NCBI GenBank assembly: GCA_002633005.1
Contig: NMRA01001027.1
Span: 4,468 to 68,467, forward strand
From: Phoronis australis
Lineage: Eukaryota > Animalia > Phoronida
Reading direction: 5' to 3'
DNA: 64,000 nt
Below the pieces are notes generated by a model. It was not told the DNA's origin. It saw only the letters and a program-made list of their open reading frames with translations, and did no database searches. The translations under genes were made by a program, and so were the position numbers. Positions 13,501 to 25,442 of this stretch are shown piece after piece (position 1 is the stretch's first letter; each line of letters begins with the position of its first letter).

Positions 13501-16500
13501 GACGTTGTGATTCTACGAAAAATCTACGAAGAAAGTTGTCCCATGTTGTCGTAAGTGAAAAATTCGCTTGCTAATGAATCATCCTCAAAGAGACATGAAC
13601 ACCCAACTTAAATATTAGATAAATGTAGATTATCACTTGATGAGGCTGATATTTCACATATTCAGACCGGGATTCTTGCGAATCTCACGGGGGTCTAAAC
13701 AAGGCAAGTAATGGCCGAAGATGCGTTATAATCTATCAATCTCAAATAGAGCAATAAACTCTATTTACAAAAGTCACCAAAATGGACGTATTCAACTTCT
13801 GTTGCTCAAGATGTCGGTCACTCCTATTCAGTGCAGTGGATCAGACCACACATGTGAGTGTCCCGTAAAATATTGTAGCATGCCCATCACATTTTTTCAC
13901 CTCATTGTTTTCTAATGCTCATTTGGTAAGTCTTTGCATTAGCTGACAGTAATTGTCAATGGTTACATGGTGGGATAATGATCACGTGAAGGATTAAGAT
14001 ATGTAACTGACTGCTACATGGTTATAAACTGTGACGCCTTGGTCTCTTGACACTTAAAATTTTGATGTAACTTGTAAAGGGTAAGAGTTCAGTGTAGTTA
14101 TAATTGCAACTTTTGTAGTGAAAAAAGTGGCGCCACTCCAATATTCTCAAAATTTAAGACATTTGACATGCAATTTGGGAGATATCTTGTGTTTTTCCCA
14201 GAAACGCGTTTTCGATCTTACTCTAGAGATTCAAAATTTGTCGAAACTGAAATTAACTGGATTTTTTGTTTACGTTTATTCTAATTGTTTCGACTAACTT
14301 ATTCCCAGGCTAAATTGCATGGAATGTAAGTGGTTATGACTAAAAAATTCATTATTTTTGATATGATATCCTATCTTTATTGAGGCGCACTCATTCACTT
14401 GGTCTTTATGTTGTAGATTCATTGGAAAGGGTATTATCAGGTCTCCTCCCAAGGAGGTATGGAATTGCCTGCAGAACCCCTTAACGAGGTTTACCTATGA
14501 CGAGCAGTTGAAGGTATGTTAAAACCAAAAATCTTGAACTGGGAAAGAAACTTGTCGTGATCATTTCAAACTCTATACAACGGAGTTAATGATCTGTCGA
14601 CAAAATTACCAAGGAAACAAGCAAGGAAAGTGTAACTTCCCTTGAGAGCTGGCAATAAACAATCAAAAAGATTGCAAAGCCAGAAGCAGTCTTCAGAAGA
14701 ATACTCTCACCAGTGTTTGGGACCCTTAACTTCTTTACGCTATAGGTGAGGGGGAACTTCTTTAAACTATAGGTGAAGGGGCCCACACCCACCAGCACCA
14801 AAGAAGGCCAACTAGTGCTGGATTGAGGTCTGCCTCTGGCTAGCTTGGGACTTGTGAAACGATTTGGTGAAGAGTGATATATACATTAAAGTTGGTGATT
14901 GAGTTGTCAATGAGAATTTTTTTATTGCAAACATAAATTTAAGGCAGCATTTCACCCTGTTTCGCTGGTTAAAAAACAAGAATCAAATTATGGAAAATCT
15001 CACCAACGCGTTTACTTCAATTATAGGTCTGATGTTGGCTCTCCCAAACAAAAACGTTCATTCGCTATTTTCAAATTCGCAGCTTTAGGGTCGGCCAAAC
15101 GCAGTGAACTCTGAAACATTTTCTTAAGTTGCTGATACTTCCAATGTTTTTGTTGGTAACGTAAAATAGAATCTTATCATGGTGAGGAATGTTCTGATGA
15201 TATAAGTTGGATTTTGTGAAAGGAAAATGTCTGATTGGACGCAGTTTTCGATTTTAAGCCAGCTGAACTGGGCAAAATGTGTCTGAGTGTATGTGTTCTT
15301 TAGTGTTATTACTTTAACTTATTTTGTAGAAACTTGAGGTTGTCAAGGACCTTGGAAATGGCATGAAAATTGGTAATTGTTTATTGTTTTCTTGATTGCT
15401 AATGGTGTAGTACGATAATTTTCTCTAAGTTGTGAGGGCGCAGTAGTATTTTGCTGCGGGATAAACAAAGATTTCTCACCTAAATTTTCTTGTTAAAGTT
15501 ACTTTGGATGTTGAGGAAGAAGACCGTGGAAGTTGAAAATTTTCCAAAATCTTTTTTTAAGACAGAGGCAAAGTTGAAACAAGATTGGTTAGAGACGGTA
15601 GTGAAGTGAAATGAAAATCAGAAAATATTCAACAGAAAACTGATTGAGAATTTGTCGAAAAAGTATTCCGAAATTAAGCTGATTCTTTTTACCTTGAGCA
15701 AAGTTTGTGTAACTTTTTTGAAAACAACAAGGAATGTCATATTATTATTATTAAAATTATTGCTGTTATTAATATTGTTATTGATATTATTACTTATGCC
15801 AGGAAATAAATTCAAAAATGAAATTCAAGTAATTTACTCAAATGTTAAAGAAATATTATCACACTTAATTTCAGGTAATCAAGTTTTCTAGAAACTTTTA
15901 GCTTGCTTTTAAATCAATGATGTTACTATTATATTCCTTTTTGTGAAGTTGGTAAAATTTTCTTGGTTTCTAAGTACCAACCACTATTTAACACCGTGAC
16001 AGTGGAATGATTTGAAAAATTCAAAGTGTATTTTGTAATCGATTTGAATTTCAGTTCATATGCACCATGAAGTGGTGCAGATATTTCGGCGGGAGGCGCG
16101 AGACTTCTGTGTCTTGCAGAGTGAGCGGTTGGAGAGCAATAAACGCATCCTGTGTCTCCACTCAGTGGATCACAAGTGTTTCTCTACCAAACTGGGATCA
16201 CCTCTAGGACTGGTAAAATGCTCATTGTTTAGACTGAGTCTGACGCCTGTTTTCTACTTGAAGTAACTGCTCTACTGATGAGATTGGATTGTAGGACGTC
16301 GCATTACCTTGTGAAACTTTTGGCTGTGTTCAGACCGACTGCCTTAGACTTCTGAAGCTAACGAAGTTGTGTGTTGTCATAAACTTGCATACCAGGCAGA
16401 CATTCATTGAATAGTACCTCTGCTATTGGTGCATCATAGTGCGTTACAGTGTTGACTGACACTAATCATTTAAACCATCTTTGTTTACTTGATGCGTAAA

Positions 16501-17930
16501 TTATAGATTGAGGTTTTGACATGTAATTAATCTATGCACCATGTACTTTATCTGGATGAAGAATGATGTCCATCAAGTATTCTTGATTTACTGAATAATT
16601 TTATCCAATTGGTGAGTCAAATTTCAGGTGAATTTTATCAGACTCAATTGAGTACTTACAAGAAGTTGAACGTTTTCGACCGTTAATGGCTGCAGTCATT
16701 CTCAGAAATATGGTAAGGTTGACTTGCAATCAGTTGGCGAAATTCCTGCTTTTGTCCTCGTAATATGATGTCATAAATATGAGAAAGAGGGATACTGACA
16801 TTTGTCATGGTTCATGACCCTGTCGTCTGCTTTCCTAATAAATAGGCTTTCATGTGTCCAGCGTGTTTTCTTTCTGGCGTCATAACCAAGAATTTTGGAA
16901 GGGTCGTATAGCATGACGTAGGTCAGTACCATCTTTTTGACATTGATGACATCGTATTACATGTCCAAAACAGAAACTTCCTCACATGACTGCGAGTCCA
17001 CTTAACCATCATTCTGAGGATGACCACAACCATTGATGATTGAAAACATTCAATTTATTGCAAGTTCTTAAGCGTGTCTCATGAAATTTGCCTGAAAAAA
17101 GATCTTCATTAAGTTTTTTAGCTTGTTTTACATTATTTTAGTGAAAAGTGACCAAACATGTTTATTTAATGAAAACACAGTGTTGTCTGCTTATGAGACT
17201 ATTAAGTTTCTCAAGTGATGTCTGCTCAACTTTGTTTTCTAGTTCTTCTCTAGTGGCTGGGTGATTGAGCCAGTTCGTAGTGATGACGGCAAGTTGCTTT
17301 CGATGGTGACGTATTTTGTTCAGGTAACTATATAAAATATTGAATTAAATTTTTAACCTTTTGAATTATAGTGGAAGATAGAATGCTTGATGTGTGAGGA
17401 ATAATTTAGCCGAGGAACTTTTTAAAATGTAATATTCTTTTGTAGCATTGAGAAGTTACATAATAGCAGTAGACTATAGACAACAATTAAATAAAACACA
17501 TCAGAATGGGAATAGTCTCCTGTTGTAATTTTTTGCAAATAAGTCCTTTCAAAAAAGAGTTTTTTGCACAATTGCAAAAAATATGCATGGTTGAACCCTA
17601 AACCTTACCCATTAAGTGGACACTAAAACCACAACTATGCTAAATGCAAAAAAATCTAAAAAAGTCATAACTTCTGCAACTTTCTGTAAAGTAATTTCCT
17701 TGTTGTTGAGGAGCTGCTTGACTCCTTCCTCAAACTCAGCAGTGATGAGCCAAACTCGTTACTTGGATGATTGGAATCAAGTGGCGGTGAACACTAATGA
17801 TCTTTGTTTTGCATTATAGATGGAGCTAGGTGACAGAGAGAGTGGCGGCTTCATGGTGGATGAGATCGCGGCTAAACAGCCCACCAGTATTGCATTGCTG
17901 CGCCAGTATCTCGCTGATCCTATGTTTTAA
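7429..17930 (+). CDS. Tandem START-domain lipid-transfer protein (C-terminal START resembles STARD9-type); 5' end not resolved
   Basis: 12 exons (7429-7581, 7906-8150, 9554-9648, 10110-10820, 12345-12409, 13031-13101, 13482-13550, 14417-14513, 15330-15372, 16055-16212, 17243-17323, 17820-17930) join in frame over GT-AG introns to give 632 aa. START2 motifs: GGWVFFG..DVVILRK, FIGKGII.SPP.EVW..L.NP..RFTYDE, RDFCV, SVDH, SGWVIEP, VTYFVQ.ELG. START1 motifs: GWSLLG..GCCVWK, I.APP..V..FL......EWD, RYW.RE.DGS. Confidence 0.88.
7906..8150 (+). CDS. START gene exon
   Basis: gacag|GGT...AG|gtgatt; GVLQFLRNIKILKEWD...QQITR; phase 0/2. Confidence 0.85.
8322..9224. mobile_element. Non-autonomous Tc1/mariner(pogo)-type element, TA TSD
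   Basis: TA|CCGTATTTGCCCTAATAAGC...GCTTGTTAGGACGAATACGG|TA imperfect TIRs; repeated TAAGCGCC/TAAGTGCC subterminal motifs. Confidence 0.75.
9554..9648 (+). CDS. START gene exon
   Basis: ttgcag|G...G|gttggt; YWHREVDGSCWLF...AQPQQ; phase 2/1. Confidence 0.85.
9671..9771. mobile_element. Degenerate palindromic MITE family copy
   Basis: AATAGTCGGATGTAACATGCCCATATTTTGAGA...TGGTTCTCAAAATG...GACCATTACCA resembles 55594-55711. Confidence 0.65.
10110..10820 (+). CDS. START gene exon (end of START1 plus Ser/Glu/Lys-rich linker)
   Basis: ttttcag|TA...G|gtcagc; lies inside the 318-aa ORF 9977-10933; phase 1/1. Confidence 0.85.
12345..12409 (+). CDS. START gene exon
   Basis: tttcag|AT...GAG|gtaaca; DGDGCVHYKTLANQTAAEVLAE; phase 1/0. 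Confidence 0.8.
13031..13101 (+). CDS. START gene exon
   Basis: ttttgcag|ACA...GT|gtaagt; TFKVSDIDISRPYDEQAQTTGGW; phase 0/2. Confidence 0.85.
13482..13550 (+). CDS. START gene exon
   Basis: caacag|G...TC|gtaagt; FFGMDRDVVILRKIYEESCPML; phase 2/2. Confidence 0.87.
14417..14513 (+). CDS. START gene exon
   Basis: tgtag|A...AAG|gtatgt; FIGKGIIRSPPKEVWNCLQNPLTRFTYDEQLK; phase 2/0. Confidence 0.9.
15330..15372 (+). CDS. START gene exon
   Basis: ttgtag|AAA...G|gtaatt; KLEVVKDLGNGMKI; phase 0/1. Confidence 0.87.
16055..16212 (+). CDS. START gene exon
   Basis: tttcag|TT...CTG|gtaaaa; HMHHEVVQIFRREARDFCVLQSER...SVDH...GSPLGL; phase 1/0. Confidence 0.88.
17243..17323 (+). CDS. START gene exon
   Basis: ttctag|TTC...CAG|gtaact; FFSSGWVIEPVRSDDGKLLSMVTYFVQ; phase 0/0. 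Confidence 0.9.
17820..17930 (+). CDS. START gene last coding exon
   Basis: attatag|ATG; MELGDRESGGFMVDEIAAKQPTSIALLRQYLADPMF stop; fits the C-terminal START helix. Confidence 0.9.
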   Translation: MELGDRESGGFMVDEIAAKQPTSIALLRQYLADPMF

Positions 17931-18190
17931 AAGCCGTACCATGTTCTGTGTAATAGCATCTGGGCTGAATTGCAGAAAACTGTAAGCCTCATCCATCGCA
18001 TAACTTTGATAATTGCGCGATGTGAAAAGCATCAGTCAACAATGGCAGTGTGACCCGCGATACTGTGATTTAATTGTTGTTATCCATCACACCACCTTTA
18101 GGCAACGGGGCCCAGAAATCTCAAAATTAATAACTTAATATCGAAATTGTTTGCCTTAATTGGTTAAAGTTATGCCAAACGCTCAGAAGA

Positions 18191-18677
18191 CAGGGCTTGG
18201 AATTTTCCGCGGAAACGCGGATTTCCGCTTTTTTCAAATGTGCTCTCCGCTTTTTTTATAATATTTCCGCGTAAAAAAATCGGATTTGATATAAAATTTC
18301 CGCGGCAGACGACGTTCACCTCGAAAAGCGGAAGTTGCTCTTTATGTTTCGGAGGAACGTAAATTGTCAACATTGCCGGGGCATCTGGGACAGCGTGGTG
18401 GGATTTTCAATGGCGTCTCGTGTTATTGTTAAGCGCGGCGAAAAATACTACCGCTCTGCAGCCAAAAATGTGTGGGTTGGGAGTGGACGGGCGAGCTAAA
18501 AGGACGCAGACGCATGCTACTGATGGTGGTAACGTTTTTTTTTTTTTTAGTCCTCCCGATTTTTGTCGGGGAAAGGTTCACATTGACCATTTCAAGGCTG
18601 GTTATCGGGGGCATGATTTGGGCCGTAAAAGTTTCAAAAGTTTCCGCGTTTTTTGTCATTGGTCATTCCAAGCCCTG
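18191..18677. mobile_element. Non-autonomous hAT-like element with 6-bp TSD
   Basis: Perfect 13-bp TIR CAGGGCTTGGAAT; AGAAGA directly flanks both ends (18185-18190, 18678-18683); repeated TTTCCGC subterminal motifs. Confidence 0.8.
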
Positions 18678-19634
18678 AGAAGATGAGTGTTAAAATTTTG
18701 TGAAAACAATTGCTAATTGTCAATTTGTCGAGAAATGGAAAATTGTTGAATATGTTTGTCAGACAGACACAAAACAGGAAAGCAAGAGATAAGCAAATTT
18801 CATGGGAATTTGAGGAAAACGTAGCAGAATTTTGGTTTTATTTTGATGAGAAGCTGCTCTAAAAACTGGGTGTTACGTACTACCTGTTAACGTCAGGTGT
18901 AATGTTAACAGGTACCAGGTAGCATCCACTTTTCAAAAGTTGCCTGCTTAAACAAAATGTAAGAAAAAATATCTGCAATGGGGAACTCGAAATTCACAAG
19001 GTGGGGCTGGTGATACAAGTGTCTTACTGGTACTTATAAAAAGGGATGCATTCTGGTCACCCGCCATTAATGCCTGTGTGCTGATGGCTTGCTTTCTGCC
19101 CTCAGTCCATTCTGATTTTAAAATGAGATTCCTCTCATGAACACCACATTGTCCATTATTTGTAAGTACGCTTGTTTACTTTGCCAAGGTTTTGAGAGAA
19201 GTCGACCATCGCGTGGCGGAGGTCCCCGTGCCTTCCTGAATACTGTTTGGTTATGTGTATTTTTAGTGATACAAAGAAAAAACTACCTCATAGTGAATAT
19301 ATACCGTCAAAATATATGATATTCAAAATCTCATTTGAAATCAAAAGTCTTTAGTATTTACTGTACTTGTCCTGGTTGGAAACACAAGAATCTGTGCCTG
19401 GATGTTAAGCCAGTCTTGGGCATTTAAAATTAAACCAAACTTTTGAAAGGTTGAGGGTGGGTACTTTCTGGGACATGCAAGCCAAATACATTGTTTGGGA
19501 AATGTCTAGGTGCAATGGAATCTCATCTGTTTCTGTAAAAAATAATTACCAGAATTGTTCCGTTCTCGTTTTTCATTGTCTTAACATTTTCCATACATAT
19601 GTAAATCTTAAACCAGAGTGACAATATAGATCCC

Positions 19635-19776
19635 AAACATTTTTAAGTCTGGTCTGCACGCCACTTGTTGGCCACATCAAGCGACCGGTCAGGGGCAGAA
19701 ATCGTTTCAGTCTCATGTTTGTTAGGTCAAGTAATGTGGTCAACAGGTGGCGTGTGGACCAGACTTAAATATGTTT
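19635..19776. repeat. 43-bp inverted repeat / fold-back element
   Basis: Arms 19635-19677 and 19734-19776 are complementary at 38 of 43 positions. Confidence 0.85.
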
Positions 19777-20610
19777 GTAGTTTCTAACATTGTTGTGAAT
19801 GGCCACATTTTTTTCAAAATATTGTCTGTTGATGGTTATTATACAGAACTTGAACATGACTGATCATTATTGTGGTGAAATGAGGAAATAAAATTTCACT
19901 TGTCGGCCATTTTATGTCCAAAATTGGTGAGATTCAACCACAGACAAGTTCCATGGGAGCTAAAATTTGCGCTGTACTGTCACATTCAGGGAAGTCTCGG
20001 CCTTGTAAACTGAGGTTGGTTGGTAGTCCAAGCATGGGTGTTTAAAAGCAAAAATTTGGACATTTCAAGAATGAGTGTTAAGCCGAAAATTTGTGTTTTC
20101 CCGATGAGTACAGCAATGCGTTAAATAATATCCATTTTTTAACTAAACAAACCGTAATCCGTACCATGACTTCGGGGAGTGTGTAGCATAGAAATTTTAA
20201 TGTTTAAATATGTACAAGTTGGAAGTGTCTTTAGTCACTTGGAATATCATATCAGATATGTAATTGTGGGCATTGTACAATCATGATAATCTCACATAGA
20301 AATGAACTCAGGATGTCATGTGCATTTGTAATTTACATCATTAATTGTAATTTACATAGTTTTAATTAAAGGAAAGGCATCTTTTATAACGTACTTTCTT
20401 ATACTGTAAAATTTCACCAATTTCGGTAAAAAAAAATCTGTTCTTTCGTGTTTAAAATGCTTGAACAGTCTGTAGTAAATGTCTAATTTTGCCTAATGAT
20501 AACTGAGCTTGGTCCTAATGCAATCTTTTGGTGCTACTCTTGGTTATGAAAAAGTATGAAAATAAAACTTCCGTTGTCTGCTATTCTAAATCCTTAACTG
20601 GTGAGATTTT

Positions 20611-20666
20611 AACGTTGTATGCTATCTCTTGTTTTGTCAACGTTGTATGCTATCTCTTGTTTTGTC
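20611..20666. repeat. Perfect 28-bp tandem duplication
   Basis: AACGTTGTATGCTATCTCTTGTTTTGTC x2. Confidence 0.9.
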
Positions 20667-21639
20667 AACTTGTTATTTTCCTTCCATACATTTTCGTCTT
20701 CCAGGACGTACTACAAGTGCCTTGTCTAGCTTGTCCTGAATATATCATCGGTGGCCCGATTTATGGAAGGTTGTTCGCTTAGTCATAGCTGAGATTGCTT
20801 TTGGCACAGGATTACGAACATGATGCTGTGTGTCTTAGAAGAACAAAACATTGCTGCTGACGCAAACTTGACCACAGTATTCTAACACTAAGCCAACCCT
20901 GACTTAACTGGGCCATAGCATTTTAGCCTTAGTATCAAGGTAATCAAATTGCAAATTTATCGATTTTGACATTCGGTGTTACAGAGGTAACTGATTGGCA
21001 ATTCGTATTCACTCACCAAAATCTCCATAATTATTATCTAACTTCACAAACTGCATTTAAGAAAGTAAAAATACAAGTCAGTCTCAGCTATGACCAGACC
21101 AAGAGCCTTTCGTAAAATGAGTCATGGAATTGTAAAAATGGGTATCGTATCCATATTGCAGTCTGATAGGCATAATTGTATTAATGACCCTTGTTACTTG
21201 CGAATTTGTTTCTTTGCAAAGATAATTGTTACGGTATTTTTGGTATCCTTTACATATGTTGTTAAATTTTTCTGTGGAGGCATTGCACATTTTTTAAATA
21301 GCATTGCACTATTAAGTTATTATTATTATTATTATACTAGAAATACTGTTGTTGAGATAAAATTTCAGTAATTGTTGGTTTTACTGGTTGTGTTGTGAAT
21401 GTGATTAATATTGTTTGTGAGATTAATAACTGATAATTGTTATATTGGTAATTCTGGTGTTAGACCAAAGTAATAACAGAATATGGATAGCATAACAAGA
21501 GATTTGGCAATAATCGATGTCATATTTACAACATATTCACTCAGATGTTTCATTTTAATCAAAACATCAAACCTTCATGAAATCAAATCTAGCCTTAACT
21601 CCCGCCATTATTTTTTCATTTCTCTGTTCATTTTGACTC

Positions 21640-21762
21640 TGATTGGTTATTTGCATTGTTCACCTTATTGGTGATTGGTTGTTTGTGTTCGTCTTACTGG
21701 TGATTGGTTGTTTGTATTGGTCATCTTTCTGATGATTGGTTAATATTTCCATTGTTCACCTT
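21640..21762. repeat. Degenerate about 30-bp minisatellite with TGATTGGTT core x4
   Basis: TGATTGGTT recurs four times at about 30-bp spacing. Confidence 0.7.
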
Positions 21763-24700
21763 ACTATGTTTTGTTTCCATCGATGTATATATTGTAGATA
21801 TGACATAGATGAAAGCGTTTATTTGCTTTCTATATTGATTGTTATTGTTCCACTTGAAGGTGTGAATGTTATGAAACTCCTATTATTGGAGATAATTACT
21901 ACCAAACCATTAAACTGGTGTGATGATTAATAGAAAAACCACATTCGTCTGTGTTATAATTATTATTGAATATTGATTGTCTTGTTTCTAAACTGAAGAC
22001 TGTAAAAGCATAAGTTAAGCTGCTATAAACTGGTCCTCCATTAAAAGCTGTTTTAAATCATTTTTCATTGCTTGGATTAAAAGTTATTTCTGGTCTTCAG
22101 GAGAATTTACAGATGATTATTGCTTGAATGCCTTACTCGGTACATAACTTGACATGCTATGGCAAGCCAACATTTCGAGCCTGGTTTCAAACAACGAATT
22201 ACCGTTGTTTCCCACACCAGATTTCTCTTTTCATCCGAATAGGCAACGAGTTTTGACCAATTTTTAATGTTAGCTTGTCTGAACCAAAAGCCATTTTTGA
22301 CAGCAGGCAGGTTTATAGCAGATTTCAAGGTTTATTTATTATAAAGTTCTTGAAGCATGAACGTTTGTAGGCTCTGCGCTTGTTGGTTATAGTACAGTAC
22401 ACTTCGAAAGGCTGCAGGGGGCAGTGGCTAACGGATTATGTATCAATCATCTATACCCATACCCCTGCCGTCTGTACCCATACTCCTGCCGTCTGGGTAA
22501 TGCTTACAGTCAAAAAGTATTTTGTGAATTGTATGATAGCTTGCACATTTTGATCAAACTGGACTTTTGAGTAGTATGTTTAGCAGAGTGCACTGTTTTT
22601 GTATCTCTGAGGCATGTTGTGATGGATATGTGTATATGTATAGAACGCCTTGGTGACTAAAGTCAGTGGCAGAATGTTTATCTTTTGATTTTTTGAATAG
22701 TTATAGTTTTTTTAAAAATATGGATAATTTTTATTGCCTGAAGGCCAGTCAATGGAGATTTAATAGGTTCTGTAGTCGGTGACTTTCAAGTAGTCGTGTT
22801 AGATATTTAGGAAATGGTGTGCTTGTGTGTGCTTGCGTGTGTGTGCTTTATTTTAGTCATATGTTGAAGCTGCTGTAATTCATGATAAAAATTAACTTCT
22901 TCACTCTTGATCTTTGAAAGCCGAATATACACCCATAGACGTACTTTTTGAGTGGACCTATTTTCAGAAATTCTTGGTAATGGTCGTGACAAGTCAACTT
23001 AAGGAGCCTGGTTTGAAGCAATCATTGAGCGTCTCAATCTGAGCAAGGGTCAATAGGAAACCCGACTTATAACTGTAGTAGTCCAGTCATGTGCTGTAAG
23101 CTCTTGACAAAACTGGCCTGTTAAGGAAATTAGATTTAATTTGTTACTTGTTGTACCAATGTGGTGTCAAGTGAAGTCTATGAACTGGTAGCTAAGCATA
23201 TTGTTGTTATTCATTTGTTGAACTCTTGGTCAATGCAATTCTTTTGTTTGTTTTGTTGATGAAAGGAAATCATTTTTCGGTAATTCTTCACCTATTTGGC
23301 ACACAGTATAATCGACTTGTGAATGTTGTTTTATTAAATTTATCAACAGAAATGAAAATTAAGAAAATTCTAGTTCATTTTTGGCTAGGCCTGTACTATG
23401 TAGATGTCGTCAGGCAACAAAATTTTTGCTATTAGTTTTGGAGAAAGTATTAATAATTGGACTTGGATAAATAAAAAATGACGATTCTGGCAGTTATTTG
23501 TGTGCGAAATTTGTAGAAAATCACTGTATTAGTAATTTGGTAGGGAAGTGATTGCAATGTTTTTATAGAATCATGCTACTTGCTTCTTGAATATTTAATA
23601 ATTAGACTGTGGTCAAGATTGTCAAATGTTGAAGAATAAGTGAAAAATAAAATCAAATGAATTCCTTGCTGCGTTTACTAAGAGTCTGTTGAGAACAAAA
23701 GGTTTTTGGCTTTAACAGTAACAGAAAAATTAGAAATATTGGTTTTACGTTTAAATACATTGAGGTTTATGTGCAGCATATGTATATATGCGCGCGTGTG
23801 CTTAATACAAACACTCTTTGATGTTATTTCTCATTTTTCTGTTACTGAGAGTAGTTCACGAAACCTACAAATTTCTGGTGCTGTGCAACTAGTTGTAGTA
23901 ATGGACCGAAGCTTTTGTTTGGCAAAATGATGTGCATTTTGTGCTCTAGTGGGTTGCATTCAACTGCATGTTTGGTTCAATTGTCAGACAAGCTGATAGC
24001 AGTTCTCTGTTAAATATTTATTAATAAACAACATTATCACAAGCATAACCAACAACCTTAACATTTAACAATCAAAATCTTAACAGTGCAAAAATCAAAT
24101 GTCATTCAGCATTACTTATTACACACACTCTCCGATACTGCTGTCCTCTGATGGGCTAAAACGCGACATACCTTCTGCTTTGAGGTGATGTCGACTTGCC
24201 AGCTGTAATTAATCATTTTTCATCCATACTGCCCCGGACATCATATGTCGCTGTTTGTAAACTGACAAATTACTGGCTTTAGAAGCCATAAATTCCAGAC
24301 TGAATAAACAAAGTGAGAAGACGACAGTAGCAAAGCAGGTAAAAAACAACAAGCCAATTTAACAAAGAAATCGAGGAAAAAAGCATCGGTAGTCGTGCAA
24401 TATTTACAACAGAGATCGATCCTTTGAGGATATTTGGTCATATATATGCGAGGAGAGTAACCAATGTTGTCCGTCCTCAGTCTCTACCCTCCAGCATGCT
24501 TTCCCTCTGCCTTTCGCCCATATAACCTGATATTACCCTCGAGATCTATCACATGAACATTTAATATATAAATATCAAATACGGCACTAAATGTTCATAA
24601 CATAATTACCAGTCTCCTTGTAATCCATGGCTTGGAATTTTCCTCTTTTAAGAGGATTTCCTCTTTTTTGGTTTTGATTTTCTCTTATTTGATTAACTCT

Positions 24701-25442
24701 TTTGTTATTGGTCATTCTAAGCCTTGATAATACCCTCAGCCCCACAATCTTCGCTGGTGTTTGCGTCTTATTGAATCAAAATGAAACCACAAGCCAGTTC
24801 CAAGCCAACACCTTTCAAATCACCGTGATAAAAATTCATGATTGTTGTGAAAGTTTTTTCATAAAATCTTTGACACTTTGATGCTTCAATAATGAAATCT
24901 CGTTATTTCCAGTATCAAGATTAAATCCTTAAAACTACAACAAATCGCATGCTGCCAGTTCACAGCGCATCTGGGAAAATTATTTTAAAGCATTTCCAAT
25001 TATTCAAACTCTTAACTAGTATCGGCTTCAAATTTTCACAGCCTAAGCTGAAGCTAACACATTTTGGATAACAAAAATGAATAGGAGTTCACTTATAACT
25101 ATTAAAACTTACAATTACTAAAATCAAATTTGTACCAAGACGTCTAGTAAACAGAGCTGTATGATACATTTCTTATACAGAGACTGCCACACTAAATAAA
25201 AAAAATACATGAAGCCTAAAGTCTTGATGTTTGTTGTAACTCTCCTAACTACACACTGCCAGTGCATTCTGATTCACACTGATGATGGTTATGTCAGAGA
25301 TGAATGCGTCGAGTGTACATACAATGAACAGAGAGCTTGTTAAATACTTAATACGATGCATTGAGTAGATACCTTAGTGATCCATAGTTACGTCACATGT
25401 CTTAATAATTATCTCTGTCCCGACAAGGGCCATGGTGTGAAT

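Noticed and set aside
15618-15891. Asn-rich and Leu-rich ORFs
   Set aside because: Derived from an intronic (TTA)n-like low-complexity tract.
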